DNA of 64,000 nucleotides from Rhodospirillaceae bacterium (GTDB lineage Bacteria; Pseudomonadota; Alphaproteobacteria; GCA-2721365): NCBI GenBank assembly GCA_002721365.1, contig PBKC01000059.1, positions 12,091 to 76,090 of the forward strand, read 5' to 3'. Shown piece by piece: positions 62,814 to 64,000 of this stretch (position 1 is its first letter; each line of letters starts with the position of its first letter). The notes under the pieces were generated by a model. It saw only the letters and a program-made list of their open reading frames with translations, ran no database searches and was not told where the DNA came from. The position numbers and the translations under genes were made by a program.

Positions 62814-63914
62814 TTAGGATGAGGCGTCGCTCGGCGGCCCTTCGGCGGGCTCGGCGATGGGTGCCAAGTCATCGAATTTGGATACGATGCGTTCCAGCAT
62901 CAGGCGCGCATAGCTGTCACGGCTGTCCGGCATGCCCTTGCGCTGCATCTCCTGATAGAGCTCGATCGCCGACCGGGCCAGGGGAAACATCGACGCCGGC
63001 AGCCCAGCCTTGTCGTAGAGGCGTTTGAGCCCGATCCCACCGGTGTCGCCCACAAGAATACGGACGTTATCCTCCGGAATGCCGGCAAGCCGGGTGATCG
63101 CCGATTCGAAGAACACCACGTCGCCGGTGCAGAGGGCACGCAGAACCATGGTCGGCGTCAGCCGCTTGAATCGGTAGAGCTGGTCGACGAGACGGTGGAC
63201 CTCGCGGGCATCGGCGTCCGGCGACAACAACGCCATCGTCGCCCGCTCGCGCGCCTCGAACATCAGCTCGGTCGCGGTTTCGGGCTTGAGCTCATGGCGG
63301 GTCACCAGCCGTGTCCGCATCTGGTTCGAAACCATCGCCACCAGCCGCTCCGCGATCACCAGGGGGAGCTTGGAGCGGTCGATCATCGCCTCGTGCACGC
63401 GCTCGCTTTCGCCATACCTGTCGAGCGCCCGGTGGAGGCTCTGCGGGTCGATCTCGGCCCCGTCATTGGCGATGAGGCAGGCGACCGCGTTCTCGTCGCC
63501 ATGGTCGATCAAGGCGTCCGATACCCTGGACGACACCTTGTCGCGTTCGGCGATGGCCGCCAGCTTCCGCGGGCTCGCGATCTTGATGATCTCGATCAGA
63601 TCGTCGTCGCTGAAGGCGAATGCGTTCCGGAGAATCGGCGTCGCGACGTCGTCGACATCCTTGGAAAGGGCCACCGCGACGTCCGGCGGAACGTTGGGGT
63701 TGTGCTTCAACCCCTCGGAGAGCGCCTGACGCACCCGCACCGCCACGTCGCGGACCAGGAGACCGATAATCTCCTGCGCCACCTTCTGCTCGGACTCGGT
63801 CAAGACCTCGGAGCCGAAATCGCGCGCGATCTTCGTCGCCGTGATCCGCCGCGTTTCCGCACTCGGATCGCTGAGCAGGCGGTCGACGTCTTCCTGAGAG
63901 AGTCTCTCAGACAT
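62814..63914 (-). CDS. DUF2336 domain protein
   Basis: VRVRQALS..L, VA.PIL......DDDL, L.PT.VLRALC.GD..FF. Confidence 0.88.
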   Translation of the reverse strand: MSERLSQEDVDRLLSDPSAETRRITATKIARDFGSEVLTESEQKVAQEIIGLLVRDVAVRVRQALSEGLKHNPNVPPDVAVALSKDVDDVATPILRNAFAFSDDDLIEIIKIASPRKLAAIAERDKVSSRVSDALIDHGDENAVACLIANDGAEIDPQSLHRALDRYGESERVHEAMIDRSKLPLVIAERLVAMVSNQMRTRLVTRHELKPETATELMFEARERATMALLSPDADAREVHRLVDQLYRFKRLTPTMVLRALCTGDVVFFESAITRLAGIPEDNVRILVGDTGGIGLKRLYDKAGLPASMFPLARSAIELYQEMQRKGMPDSRDSYARLMLERIVSKFDDLAPIAEPAEGPPSDASS

Positions 63915-64000
63915 AGCGGCTGTTCTCGCCCCCGGCCTTGCGGCACCCCGTTAGGAGAGGATTTCAACGCAAACGGTACGGTAGTACAAGCCGCAGCTTT

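Overview
GC-rich alphaproteobacterial chromosomal window. The assignment rests on a two-piece permuted tmRNA next to an alpha-type sspB, plus thyX, mmcB, DUF2336 and the pyrF-trpF-trpB-trpA order. Most of it is housekeeping: prpE, ppk2, trpAB/trpF/pyrF, ada-alkA/ogt, typA, aroC/fabI, pdxH/fieF, fumC, fumA, ydbH-ynbE-ydbL, ssrA-sspB, thyX and msrA. The one clearly accessory region is a ~3.7 kb nested islet between trpF and trpB (about 9465-13140). Its outer layer is a 21-aa micro-ORF, a 71-aa antitoxin-like ORF and a Fic gene; the last two share a frame and are separated only by one TGA. The Fic gene is split by a complete 2539-bp IS1595-family (ISNwi-type) element with 23-bp TIRs and an 8-bp TSD. 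That element carries passenger genes, including an MtlR-like HEPN protein with an intact RxxxxH motif and a Zn-ribbon protein. Other oddities: an inverted pair of lipoprotein paralogues around a perfect 32-bp palindrome, a single-chain NfnB/NfnA-like oxidoreductase with a probable Fe-S Cys-to-Tyr change, a GT2-deacetylase fusion and a REC-HPt fusion. No CRISPR array, rRNA, tRNA or prophage was seen. All family assignments come from motif recognition by eye, not from database searches.
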